64,000 nucleotides of DNA from a bacterium. Lineage in GTDB: Bacteria > JAHJDO01. The DNA lies in assembly GCA_030652805.1 (NCBI GenBank), contig JAUSPT010000024.1, positions 3,841 through 67,840 of the forward strand. The letters are read 5' to 3'. Position 1 is the stretch's first letter, and every line of letters begins with the position of its first letter. This document shows positions 10,038-19,888 of this stretch, one piece after another. Below the pieces are notes generated by a model, which did no database searches, had not been told where the DNA came from, and saw only the letters and a program-made list of their open reading frames with translations. Made by a program: the position numbers and the translations under genes.

Positions 10038-11222
10038 CTAATCCTTTCTTAGAGTGTCTTTTATTATTTTATCCAGATTGTCAACATGGAGCTTCCATGT
10101 GTAATTATTTTCCACAAATTCTCTTGCTTTTTTTCCCATGCGGGAAGCATTAAGAGGATTCTTAGCAAGATTAATGATTGCCTCTGCTATTTTAGAGGGG
10201 TCTTCAGCAGGTGTTATAAAACCTGTTTCCCCGTTAATAACGATTTCAGGAAGCGGATCATAAGAAACAGTAATAACAGGAAGTCCTGATGCCATGTATT
10301 CAAATATCTTGAGAGGAGACCAGAAGAATCCGAAATCTTTTAATGGCTTATAATATGCTGCATTGTAAGGCGCAATGCCTACATCGGATACCGCCATAAA
10401 GTACGGCATCATTTCATATTTTTGTGTGCCGGTAAAAACTGCATACTGGCTCAAATGCATATCTCTGATTTTAGCTTTTACTTCATCCATGCACTCTCCT
10501 CCTCCAACAAAGAGAAACCGCACATTCTTAGCTTTGCTGACCACAGCTTTAACAAGTTCTGGAAGGTCAAGTGCACCATGCCACTTTCTGAATGTGCCTG
10601 CAAACACTACTGTAAACTTGTTTTCCAGATTGTACATTTTTCTGATTTTATTTGCTTTGTCTGTGTTTCGCAGTTCAGGTGCAAACATGTCTGTGTTTGC
10701 CGCCCATCTAACCTGCTCTATTTTTAGGCGGGCATGCTTAGGGACAACTGTAAGTGAAGTAGCTATAACCTTTTTTGCCTGTCTGAATTGAATATCTCTC
10801 CAGGTTCTAAGAAGATTAATAGTTGTTTTACATGTAATGTTATATCTCCATATAAGCTCTTCAGTATGAGGGCTGTTTACCTCAAGTATAAGCGGAATTT
10901 TCTTAAGCTTTGAATATATAGTTCCCACTCCGCCAAAGGTAACATATCTTTCAATGATTATATCAAACCTTCTCATCAGTAGTTCCGGAAGCAGTTTAAG
11001 ACCTGCAATAGAGAGAATTTTATTTAAATATTGCATGTTAGTGCGAAGGAGTTTCACCCCTTTTAAGTATTCAGAATGCGCTGATGTTCCTTGCTTTTGT
11101 GAGATTAAAGTTACTTCATATCCGAGTCTGGATAGATTTGAAGCAACCTCCCAAACATGTACTGATCCGCCGTTATTCCCGGGGACAGTCTCTCCTGTTA
11201 TGTATAACACCTTAATGCTCAT
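10038..11222 (-). CDS. Glycosyltransferase family 4 (GT4)
   Basis: GT4-like N-terminal domain and the C-terminal E..G..P.E.MA.G.PVI motif (FEYMASGLPVIT). 394 aa. Confidence 0.8.
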   Translation of the reverse strand: MSIKVLYITGETVPGNNGGSVHVWEVASNLSRLGYEVTLISQKQGTSAHSEYLKGVKLLRTNMQYLNKILSIAGLKLLPELLMRRFDIIIERYVTFGGVGTIYSKLKKIPLILEVNSPHTEELIWRYNITCKTTINLLRTWRDIQFRQAKKVIATSLTVVPKHARLKIEQVRWAANTDMFAPELRNTDKANKIRKMYNLENKFTVVFAGTFRKWHGALDLPELVKAVVSKAKNVRFLFVGGGECMDEVKAKIRDMHLSQYAVFTGTQKYEMMPYFMAVSDVGIAPYNAAYYKPLKDFGFFWSPLKIFEYMASGLPVITVSYDPLPEIVINGETGFITPAEDPSKIAEAIINLAKNPLNASRMGKKAREFVENNYTWKLHVDNLDKIIKDTLRKD

Positions 11223-11911
11223 ATTAACCTGTGTTCCTTAAAACTGAAATAGCCTTCAAGTCCTATAATAATGTGATCCAGCACATTAACATCTACAGTA
11301 CCGAGCGCTTTAATCAATACCTGTGTTATGTTCTTATCATCCTCTGAGGCTGTAAGACTTCCTCCTGGATGATTATGTGCAAGAATAACAGATACAGCTT
11401 TGTTCCCTAAAGCATGTTCCACTACCTTGCGAGGGTAAACCACTGCTTTATTTACAGTACCAACGTGTATTGTCTCTACTTTAACAGGTCTGTTGGCTGT
11501 ATTAAGGAAAATAACCTTAAAAATTTCATCCTTAGCTCCTCTTAATGAGGCTTGTAAGTAATCATAGACTGCTTTTGGTGAAGATATTATATTCTCCTGT
11601 TCCAAAAGATTCTCTAACAAGTACAAGGGAACAGCCTCTCTAAATAGATTAATAAGAGTAGCTGCATTTGTGCCCATCCCATTTACTGTACTTAGCGCTT
11701 CTATTTCTGCATCAAAGACCCCTCTAACGCTTTTAAACTTTTTAAGCAATGCTTTAGCGATTGGTTTTGTATCCTTACGAGATATTGCATAGGTAAGTAT
11801 CAATTCAAGAATTTCATAATCATGCCAATTGCCAAATCCGCTCTTTAGGTACTTTTCTCTAATTCTCTGTCTGTGTCCCAGATAGTCAGGCTTTGCTATT
11901 TTATTTTTCAC
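11219..11911 (-). CDS. radC: RadC-like JAB/MPN domain protein (UPF0758)
   Basis: JAMM motif HNHPGGSLTASEDD, plus an N-terminal helix-hairpin-helix-like region. 230 aa. Confidence 0.85.
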   Translation of the reverse strand: MKNKIAKPDYLGHRQRIREKYLKSGFGNWHDYEILELILTYAISRKDTKPIAKALLKKFKSVRGVFDAEIEALSTVNGMGTNAATLINLFREAVPLYLLENLLEQENIISSPKAVYDYLQASLRGAKDEIFKVIFLNTANRPVKVETIHVGTVNKAVVYPRKVVEHALGNKAVSVILAHNHPGGSLTASEDDKNITQVLIKALGTVDVNVLDHIIIGLEGYFSFKEHRLI

Positions 11912-11927
11912 CTTGAAATCCCTTCTG

Positions 11928-12986
11928 TCATCTTTGTTTTTCCTTTTCTATTTTCAGTTCTTTCCTCATAGACTTTTTTAGGGTTTTCGCGTCAGGAAGT
12001 TTTTCTTTAAACTCTTTTGGCAATCTTTTGGTTAGGTAATATTCAGCCACTCCTACGGGTTTTTTAACACTTCGTAAAGCGTACTCAACAACAATATTGT
12101 CTTTATCCGCACAAAGAATAATGCCTATCGGCGGATTCTCATCTTTTAATCTTACCTGTTCGTCCAACAGATGCAGATAAAAATCCATCTTACCAGTATA
12201 TTCCGGCTCAAATTTACCGGTTTTAAGTTCAATCGCCACGAGACATTTTAGTTCGCGGTTAAAGAAGAGAAGATCGATAAAATACTCGTTATGCCCCAGC
12301 CTCAGCCTGTATTGATTGCCGATGAACGAAAACCCCTTGCCGAGCTCAAGCATAAACCGTTTCAGTCTATCCACCAGCCTTTTTTCTAATTCTCGTTCTA
12401 AAACAGGTTTTGCAATACCAAGGAAGTCTAAATTATAGACGCTCTTTATTGACTCATCAGCCTGTTCAGCAAGATGTTTTGGAAGGGCTTTAGGAAAATT
12501 GTGGGTTTTTCGCCTAAGGCTTAAAGCGTAAGCGTCCGCTTTTATTTGATTAAGAAGAACATTTCGCGACCAGCTCATCTCGACCGATGCTTTTAAATAA
12601 TACGCTCTTTCTTTTTTGTTTTTGATCTTAGAAAAAATAAGAATGTTGTGCCCCCATGGCAATTCTCCAACAGCCTGTTGGAGAATTGGATCATCTTTGT
12701 ACTCAAGATAAAATTGACGCATATACCAGAGGTTTTGAGCTGAAAACCCAAATGTGGTTTTAAAATCTTTCTGCAAATCATTTGCAAGTTTTTCAACGAC
12801 TGCGTTCCCCCATTTATATTTTTCCTGTCTTTCTACAATCGTTTTGCCGATATCCCAATATAGATTAATAAGCTCCTTATTAATTTTTCGGACGACCTTA
12901 ATCCTGGACGAAAGGATACGTGATTTAATTTCCTTAAAAAAATTCCTATATTCTTTACTTAACGCATTTCCCATGTTTATCTCCAT
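11928..12986 (-). CDS. PDDEXK nuclease, DUF1016/YhcG family
   Basis: C-terminal FIDLLFFNRELKCLVAIELKTGKFEPEYTGKMDFYL matches the YhcG-type PD-(D/E)xK core. N-terminal DUF1016-like helical region. 352 aa. Confidence 0.7.
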   Translation of the reverse strand: MEINMGNALSKEYRNFFKEIKSRILSSRIKVVRKINKELINLYWDIGKTIVERQEKYKWGNAVVEKLANDLQKDFKTTFGFSAQNLWYMRQFYLEYKDDPILQQAVGELPWGHNILIFSKIKNKKERAYYLKASVEMSWSRNVLLNQIKADAYALSLRRKTHNFPKALPKHLAEQADESIKSVYNLDFLGIAKPVLERELEKRLVDRLKRFMLELGKGFSFIGNQYRLRLGHNEYFIDLLFFNRELKCLVAIELKTGKFEPEYTGKMDFYLHLLDEQVRLKDENPPIGIILCADKDNIVVEYALRSVKKPVGVAEYYLTKRLPKEFKEKLPDAKTLKKSMRKELKIEKEKQR

Positions 12987-13137
12987 TATTCATTTAAAAT
13001 ACTCCCTTTCTGTCATTGCGAGCCAAAGGCGGAGCAATCTCGTTTGTCATTCTCCGAATTGATCTGGGAATCCAGATGGTTAAGGTTTGACATTGTTTTT
13101 TAAAGGTCGCTGTGTCATTATCCCTCATTTTTTTCTT

Positions 13138-13623
13138 TTATCTGAATCCTATCCTCGGATTATCAATTTCATTCGCTTGGTTTTTCCAATATTCCAGTGT
13201 CTCATCCGGTGTAGAAAATACTCGTATTTTGTTTTTGTTAGAATTTTTAGACATAGGAAAACAGAGAAGATAACTCTTTACTTCTTCTCCTTCTTCAATT
13301 TTACTAATTTCGTTGTGGTAAATACCAATCTTAATAATGTGAGAAAATATTTGTAAAAGGAATTTGTCTTGGTCTATTTGTTTCTCATTTATATTCCATC
13401 TTACAAGCACTTTGTTAGCAATTCCCATATCAACTACAGACCAATCTTCATTGTCTTTAAGGATTTTAAAAAATTCATAATAGGAGGACTCCCTCTTATT
13501 GAGACGAAAACCTAGTCCATTATCCTTAAATGAGTATTCCGTTTTCCCTATACAAAACTCATTATCCTTTATATTTTCCATTTTCATGATTCTCCTTTTT
13601 GAAATTAGTGAAATTAGAGACAC
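13138..13623 (-). CDS. Hypothetical protein (no recognisable domain); likely start at the internal Met (MENIKDNEF)
   Basis: ORF only. It lies between the PDDEXK gene and the R-M genes and is co-directional with them. Confidence 0.35.
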   Translation of the reverse strand: MSLISLISKRRIMKMENIKDNEFCIGKTEYSFKDNGLGFRLNKRESSYYEFFKILKDNEDWSVVDMGIANKVLVRWNINEKQIDQDKFLLQIFSHIIKIGIYHNEISKIEEGEEVKSYLLCFPMSKNSNKNKIRVFSTPDETLEYWKNQANEIDNPRIGFR

Positions 13624-13646
13624 ATCCCATTTTCTGGTATTTTAAC

Positions 13647-16061
13647 CTATTCTCCCCATACTTCCTTGATTTTATCTTTTATATTTTGTCCAAAGATCGT
13701 GATTAATTCTTTATTAGCTTCAACTGCTTTCCATTCCTTCCTGATGCGAGAAACCACTTCTTCTTGAATTTCAAGAGAAGGCAAAAAAATCTTTAGCTCT
13801 TGCACATCCTTTTGATTAATACTCGGATATGCTCCTTTTCCCATCCTATCAATCATTTGTTTTTGAAGATATTCTCCGAAAAGCTGATAATATACAAATT
13901 GGGGAACGACTTTGCTGGATGCAGTCAATACTGCAAAACCCGTCGAAGCAATTGTGCTTTTAGGGAGTTCTGACAAATAGCAGAAAGCTTTTAGGTTTGG
14001 CCTTACTGTTGAAAGAAGAACGTCTCCATTTCTAACAACTCGTCTTGCTCTACTTGGTGCATCTATCCCTTTTATGCGATTGTTAAATGATACGATACCT
14101 GTTCCATTTTCAACAGATGTAATATCTATATAAACAAATTTATTTTCTCCGTATTTCTTTTTGGGATCAACAGTATCTGCATTTACTGCGAGCACATTCC
14201 CCAACTCCACCATCTCCCAATCAGGATCAATTTTGAAAGCAGGCTTATAATTTTCAACTACCTGTTTTGCGCCGTCAATAATTTTTTGATAATTGTCTAA
14301 TTCGGCAACAATCTGTTCCTGAACTTCAAGCGGCGGGAGAGGAATTTTAATTCTTTTTAATTCTTTAAAATGCCGGCTATAACCTAAATTCTTTATTTTT
14401 AAATTTTCTAAAATAAAATAGAAAAATCTCGGGATATATTCATCAGTGGGTTTTAATATTTTTACTCCGTCAGCACCTAAGACAAAATCAAAGTCAATAT
14501 ATTTAAAACATTTTGTATGATCTCCAAAAATTACAAGAGGCTCACTAACTCTAAAGACATCTTCTTCTCCATTCCAATATCCTGCAATAAATTTCTCGGA
14601 TTGATCAACGATTGGATATTTTCCCTCATTCAGAAATTTTTCCTTTTTTATTTTTGTTGAATACTCGATCTTCTCAATAGCATCTTCAACTTCCACAAAA
14701 TCCCACTTCCCGCTATAAATAACTGCTTCACGATACCTATCTCCGCTCAAGTTATAATCTCCGCTTTCTGCGATTTTTGTTTTTCCCACTGCATAAGCGA
14801 TTTTCTCATTGGGCTGAAAATTTTCAGCCCCTACAGTTTTTTGCCATCTCTGCAAAATTTCTAATGCCATCGGCAAATCATTTTCTTTTATTTCTCTTCT
14901 CTGCGCGCCTAATCCAAAGCCGTCATTGTTTATTTTTACAAACAGAATTTTATCTGTCTTTTTTGCCAGATTTTTATCCAACAACAATATTGATGTCTTA
15001 ACTCCAGCATAAGGATTGAAAACCCCTGGAGGTAGAGACACAACAGCATAAAGTGAATATTCAATGAGCATCTTGCGAAGTTTTTTATAAGCTGTCTCTG
15101 TCTTAAAAATTATACCTTCAGGGACAATAATCCCTGCGCGGCCATTAGGATTTAAATGCTCTGCAATATAATCAACAAAAAGCACCTCTGAGCGTTTTGC
15201 CTGCACGCTAAACCTCTTGTGCGGTTTGATTCCACCTTTCGGGCTCATGAACGGAGGATTTGCTAAGATAACGTCAAAGACCTCTTGCCATTTTTCTTCT
15301 GAGCTTAATGTGTCATATTCGTATATTTTGGGATTTTGGAATTTATGCAGATACATATTGGCTAGAGATAATCTCACCATATCAGGAGAAATATCATAGC
15401 CGGAGAAGTTTTCAATCAGCCTCTTTTTTTCATCAGGAGTTAAATGTACCCTGTCGTCTTTTTTGTTTTTTTCTAAAATATGTTTATATGAAGAAATTAA
15501 GAATCCGGCCGTACCACAGGCAGGGTCTAAAATAGTTTCATTCTTTTTAGGATCAACTACTTTTACAATAAAATCTATAATATGCCTGGGTGTTCTAAAC
15601 TGACCGGCATCACCCTGCGAACCCATAATAGAAAGCAGATATTCAAACGCATCGCCTAATTTTTCGCTATGGTCATATTCAAACTCGCCAATAACTTTAA
15701 GAAAACTTTTTAAAGTTTCAGGATCACGATACGGCAAATAGGCATTCTTAAAAATATCCCGAAATAATTGCGGGATATTTGGATTATGGTTCATCCGTTG
15801 AATTGCTTCTCCATACAACCCGACAAGTTCATGACCGCTTACACGAGGGTCAAATATTTTACTCCATGCATATTTTGCGTATTCCCCTGTGAAAAACTTG
15901 GATCTACCTCCCAATTCTTCAGCCTGCTTATCCATATCATCCATAAACTTGTAAATCAAGGCTATGGTAATCTGTTCAACCTGTGATTTCGGGTCAGGCA
16001 GCTTACCAACAAGAATATCCCTTGCTGTATCAATTCGTCTTTTTGTTCCATTAGTCAACAT
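13647..16061 (-). CDS. hsdMS: Type I restriction-modification methyltransferase with fused specificity subunit (HsdM-HsdS fusion)
   Basis: N-terminal N6-adenine methyltransferase (GTAGFL motif I, ILANPPF motif IV). C-terminal ~330 aa carries two HsdS conserved-region motifs, LPPLEVQEQIVAELD and LPSLEIQEEVVSRI, separated by target-recognition-domain-like segments. 804 aa. Confidence 0.8.
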   Translation of the reverse strand: MLTNGTKRRIDTARDILVGKLPDPKSQVEQITIALIYKFMDDMDKQAEELGGRSKFFTGEYAKYAWSKIFDPRVSGHELVGLYGEAIQRMNHNPNIPQLFRDIFKNAYLPYRDPETLKSFLKVIGEFEYDHSEKLGDAFEYLLSIMGSQGDAGQFRTPRHIIDFIVKVVDPKKNETILDPACGTAGFLISSYKHILEKNKKDDRVHLTPDEKKRLIENFSGYDISPDMVRLSLANMYLHKFQNPKIYEYDTLSSEEKWQEVFDVILANPPFMSPKGGIKPHKRFSVQAKRSEVLFVDYIAEHLNPNGRAGIIVPEGIIFKTETAYKKLRKMLIEYSLYAVVSLPPGVFNPYAGVKTSILLLDKNLAKKTDKILFVKINNDGFGLGAQRREIKENDLPMALEILQRWQKTVGAENFQPNEKIAYAVGKTKIAESGDYNLSGDRYREAVIYSGKWDFVEVEDAIEKIEYSTKIKKEKFLNEGKYPIVDQSEKFIAGYWNGEEDVFRVSEPLVIFGDHTKCFKYIDFDFVLGADGVKILKPTDEYIPRFFYFILENLKIKNLGYSRHFKELKRIKIPLPPLEVQEQIVAELDNYQKIIDGAKQVVENYKPAFKIDPDWEMVELGNVLAVNADTVDPKKKYGENKFVYIDITSVENGTGIVSFNNRIKGIDAPSRARRVVRNGDVLLSTVRPNLKAFCYLSELPKSTIASTGFAVLTASSKVVPQFVYYQLFGEYLQKQMIDRMGKGAYPSINQKDVQELKIFLPSLEIQEEVVSRIRKEWKAVEANKELITIFGQNIKDKIKEVWGE

Positions 16062-16075
16062 ATCTCAATTCTCTT

Positions 16076-18628
16076 TTAAGCAACAAAAGCATTTATCGGG
16101 ACATAATCTTTTATATATTCAACAACAGGGTCTCTCCATCCGTCCAGTTCTTTTAAGTCACTCATATCAAATCTTGAATTAGTTGCAAGTCTGCTGTATT
16201 CCTGCGAGTTCAAAATTTCCCGTAATTCGGCATCTATAATATATGCTTTCATAAACTGGCGTATGATATGGATAAACTTGTTTTCAGGATGATAAATAGA
16301 AATAAATTTCCCGATTTCTTCTTCAAGTAGCTCATCTTTGCTCTTGAATTTTTTAATTCGTCCGAATATTTTTTCTAAGATTTCACGCAAACCTAATCTT
16401 CGGTCAAGTTTAACGGACTTGCGTAACTTATCAATGTTGAAATATTTTTCCGGTTTGTCAAAAACTTCTTTTTTTATGTATGCTTCAGCTTCTTCGTATT
16501 TGCCTTCGTCAATCTTGCCTTTTATATATTCATCAGCTTTAACCGTTTCCTCAAATGTTTCAAATATCTTTCTGTCAATTTTCATGCCGCCAAAGCCAAT
16601 AATGGTTTCTGCAATCTCCTTTATGGGATCAGGACGGACGCTTTCGTATTCTTTCAATGGCGGAGGTGGCGGCGGAAATGGACCAGTGCCCCCTCCTGTT
16701 CCATGCGGCAATTCAATTACTTCATCATAATTAAATTTTTCTTCAAAATATTCGCAATTGGCAAAGAAATCAAAAAGTTTAAATCGTTCTTTTTTAGCTG
16801 CATATTTCTCTATCTCACCTAACTCATCTTTTTCGCTAAAGTTGAAATCAAATTTCCGAGTCCCTCTACCTTTCATTTGAATAAAATCTGTCGGCGAAAA
16901 AATAGGGCGCATTAAACATAGATTGAGAATATCTTCACAATCGTATCCTGTGGTCATCATCCCTACGGTAACACATACGCGGGTTCTACTGGAATTATAG
17001 CCGTCCTTAAAGGCTGTGTGTCCATTAAGAATGTTATTTGAAAAATTAATTGCCATCTGTTGTGCGCCGTCAATACGCGATGTTACTTGTACCGCAAAAT
17101 CAGATTTGTATTTATCGGGATATATTTTGTGCGCCAGCGCATTAAGTATCTGTGTGATTTTCGAGGCGTGATTCTGGCTTACGCAGAAGATAATACTTTT
17201 ACCTATCTCTCCTGTCAGCGGATCTTTTAACGCATTTTCTAAGAATGTCTTGCATAATGTCCTGTTAGTCTTTTCAGAATAGAACTTTCTTTCAAAGTCT
17301 TTTTGGAAATATGTCTTTTCCTCTTCTTCTCCTTCTTCATTTTTCAGCAATACAGAATAACCCATTTCTGAAAGCAATTCCGTTGTTATATCCGTCCTAG
17401 CATCAACAACAATAGGGTTTACCAGATATCCTTCCTTTACTCCATTCAGAAGAGTATATCTGAATGTTGGATTACTCGCTTCGCATCCAAAAGTTTTATA
17501 AGTATCCAATAATTGACGCCTTTCTAATTTACGAGGATCTCTTTCTGCCAATTTCTTTTCATCAATCTTTTTCAAGTAGTCCTTTGGCGTTGCAGTAAGT
17601 CCCAATTTATATCCGGTAAAATACTCAAAGACCGCACGGCTGTTGCCCCCGATTGATCTGTGTGCCTCATCCGATATAACCAAATCAAAATCTGTCGGAG
17701 AAAACAAATCCTTATATTTATTGTCAAAAAGAAACGACTGAACTGTTGATATAACAATTTCCGCTTTTTTCCAATCGTCCTTATTTTCTTTATAAATTAC
17801 CGATTTATAATCACTTTTCATATACTTAACAAAGTTCTTCCACGCTTGATCCTCTAACTCTAATCTATCAACAAGAAAAAGCACCCTTTTTGCGTTTCCT
17901 GTTCTTAAGAATAATTTAATGACGCCTGCTGCAACAAGAGTCTTTCCTGTGCCTGTTGCCATTTCAAATAAGAATCTGCTTTTTCTTTCCTTTACTGCTT
18001 CCTGCAAAGATTTAATGGCATTTATCTGATAATCCCTCAAGAATTTAAGACTGTCATCGTTAATAAAATCTTCTCTTTTTGTCTCATTAATCCAATTGGG
18101 GTCGCTTTTATAATCCGGCTTTTGAGAAATGACGATATAATCTGACTCAATGTATTCACGAACTAAATTGTTCGGATTAGGCTTGAAAGATTTTTTATAA
18201 GTTAAAGACTCACACGTTGGGAATGCGGTTATGATATGAGGATTACCTGTTTCAATGTCCCAAAAATAATGCAGATTACCATTTGATAGAATTACAAAAC
18301 GAACATTAAGATTTTTCGCATATGTACGAGCCTGTTCTTTCCCGCCTAAAGGATCTTTATCTTCCCTTTTTGCCTCTAAAACAACAAAAGGAAATCCTTT
18401 ATCATCTAAAAGAATATAATCTGCAAACCCGTTTTTTGTTTTCTCAAAATCTTCGCCAAGGTCAGTAAGCGCTTGTTCTGTGATTTTAACATTTGTCTCC
18501 AAGCAAATGTTGGCGGATCCGGTATCTGTATCAAAAAAGCGCCAGCCTGCGTCTTCAAGATATTTGTTTATTCGTATGCGTGCTTTGGCTTCTTTCTGCA
18601 TAGTTTTTATTCTTCTTTCAAATTCCAA
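16076..18628 (-). CDS. hsdR: Type I restriction enzyme R subunit (compact, EcoEI-like HsdR): N-terminal PD-(D/E)xK nuclease plus SF2 helicase
   Basis: HSDR_N-type nuclease block (ADYILLDDKGFPFVVLEAKRED). Helicase motif I EMATGTGKT and motif II VISDEAHR. Pro/Gly linker GTGGGTGPFPPPPPP. 850 aa. Confidence 0.8.
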   Translation of the reverse strand: MEFERRIKTMQKEAKARIRINKYLEDAGWRFFDTDTGSANICLETNVKITEQALTDLGEDFEKTKNGFADYILLDDKGFPFVVLEAKREDKDPLGGKEQARTYAKNLNVRFVILSNGNLHYFWDIETGNPHIITAFPTCESLTYKKSFKPNPNNLVREYIESDYIVISQKPDYKSDPNWINETKREDFINDDSLKFLRDYQINAIKSLQEAVKERKSRFLFEMATGTGKTLVAAGVIKLFLRTGNAKRVLFLVDRLELEDQAWKNFVKYMKSDYKSVIYKENKDDWKKAEIVISTVQSFLFDNKYKDLFSPTDFDLVISDEAHRSIGGNSRAVFEYFTGYKLGLTATPKDYLKKIDEKKLAERDPRKLERRQLLDTYKTFGCEASNPTFRYTLLNGVKEGYLVNPIVVDARTDITTELLSEMGYSVLLKNEEGEEEEKTYFQKDFERKFYSEKTNRTLCKTFLENALKDPLTGEIGKSIIFCVSQNHASKITQILNALAHKIYPDKYKSDFAVQVTSRIDGAQQMAINFSNNILNGHTAFKDGYNSSRTRVCVTVGMMTTGYDCEDILNLCLMRPIFSPTDFIQMKGRGTRKFDFNFSEKDELGEIEKYAAKKERFKLFDFFANCEYFEEKFNYDEVIELPHGTGGGTGPFPPPPPPLKEYESVRPDPIKEIAETIIGFGGMKIDRKIFETFEETVKADEYIKGKIDEGKYEEAEAYIKKEVFDKPEKYFNIDKLRKSVKLDRRLGLREILEKIFGRIKKFKSKDELLEEEIGKFISIYHPENKFIHIIRQFMKAYIIDAELREILNSQEYSRLATNSRFDMSDLKELDGWRDPVVEYIKDYVPINAFVA

Positions 18629-18656
18629 TTATACCACACCATACATAAAGCATAAA

Positions 18657-18676
18657 GGGCACAGCACGCTGTGCCC
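18657..18676 (-). terminator. Rho-independent terminator for the minus-strand oxidoreductase gene (GGGCACAG-CACG-CTGTGCCC, followed on the minus strand by TTTATGCTTTATG)
   Basis: Perfect 8-bp stem with a 4-nt loop, read in the sequence, immediately downstream of the stop at 18731 on the minus strand. Confidence 0.6.
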
Positions 18677-18730
18677 CTACGAATTTTGATTTCACCGAAC
18701 AATTATTGTTTGTTATTCTCCGACTATTAT

Positions 18731-19888
18731 TCATTTGTTAAAGGATTTACTGAGATCCCCGTCTATTTTCTTTGCTGTTTTTTTGGTAAATTTTGATTTT
18801 CTGATAAGCTCATTGAGCATTTTCTCGTATGCTCTGCTGTCGAGAGGCATTTCAACAGGTTTAGCAGTCATAGAAGAATAGAGTATAGCATTGCCAAGTT
18901 CCACTGAATGTATGCCTTCTTCAGCTGGAGCAATTAGTTTTTCTCCTTTAAGAATAGCATTCACAAAATTCTGGAGTATCTCAGCATGCTGCCCACCATT
19001 GCCGTTTACAGGAATGGTAATATTCCATACATCAGGTGTTGCAAAAATCTGTTTTGAGGTCTTGATAAATTTATTTGCTGGGACTTCATTACGAGTAAAG
19101 GTTAATACATCGCCCTCAAGAACCACTTTCCCGCATTCTCCGGCAATCTCCAGACGGTTTGTTCCAGGTGCTTCACCGGTAGACGTAATAAAAACACCCG
19201 TAGCTCCGTTTTTGTATTCCATGTATGCAGTAACTTCATCTTCTACCTCAATATTATGCCTTTTCCCAATACCGCAAAAACCGTGCACTTTTTTTGGCAT
19301 TCCGCACAACCACTGAAACAAGTCCAGCTGATGCGGGCACTGGTTCAGCAGCACTCCTCCTCCTTCACCCTTCCACGTTGCGCGCCAGGAGCCGGAGGCA
19401 AAGTATGCATTAGTGCGAAACCAGTTTGTGATAATCCATGTAACTCTGATAAGCGCCCCAAGCTCTCCAGAATCAATAAGCTGTTTAATTTTTTTGTAAT
19501 GAGGGTCTGTACGCATATTGAACATGGCTGCAAAAACCAGTTTGTTATTCTTTTTATGCGCAGCAATAAGACGCTCGCAGTCAGCCTTGTGCACTGAAAT
19601 TGGTTTCTCAACCAGAACATGGTGACCAGCATTAAGCGCGTCAATGCCAGTCGTAGTATGGAAGTAGTGCGGAGTAACGATCATCACTGCGTCAGACACT
19701 TTTCCCTTAAGAAGTTCTTTATGATCGTTAAATACCCTGCAGTTATATTTTTGCCCGGCAGCTTTAGCTCGTTCCAGATCAACATCACAGACACATGTTA
19801 ATTCGGCATTTTCTGTTTTTTTAATATTATTCATATGCAGACTTGCCATACATCCAGCACCAATCACTCCTATTCTTACGTTTTTCAT
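18731..19888 (-). CDS. Gfo/Idh/MocA family oxidoreductase
   Basis: N-terminal VRIGVIGAGCMASLH Rossmann fold, EKP motif (VLVEKPIS), and a C-terminal GFO_IDH_MocA_C-like region. 385 aa. Confidence 0.8.
   Translation of the reverse strand: MKNVRIGVIGAGCMASLHMNNIKKTENAELTCVCDVDLERAKAAGQKYNCRVFNDHKELLKGKVSDAVMIVTPHYFHTTTGIDALNAGHHVLVEKPISVHKADCERLIAAHKKNNKLVFAAMFNMRTDPHYKKIKQLIDSGELGALIRVTWIITNWFRTNAYFASGSWRATWKGEGGGVLLNQCPHQLDLFQWLCGMPKKVHGFCGIGKRHNIEVEDEVTAYMEYKNGATGVFITSTGEAPGTNRLEIAGECGKVVLEGDVLTFTRNEVPANKFIKTSKQIFATPDVWNITIPVNGNGGQHAEILQNFVNAILKGEKLIAPAEEGIHSVELGNAILYSSMTAKPVEMPLDSRAYEKMLNELIRKSKFTKKTAKKIDGDLSKSFNK

Noticed and set aside
13024-13135. Three TGTCATT direct repeats in the intergenic region upstream of the PDDEXK nuclease gene
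   Set aside because: The 7-mer is short and AT-rich with irregular spacing, consistent with chance in a 38% GC genome. There is no accompanying inverted-repeat structure.
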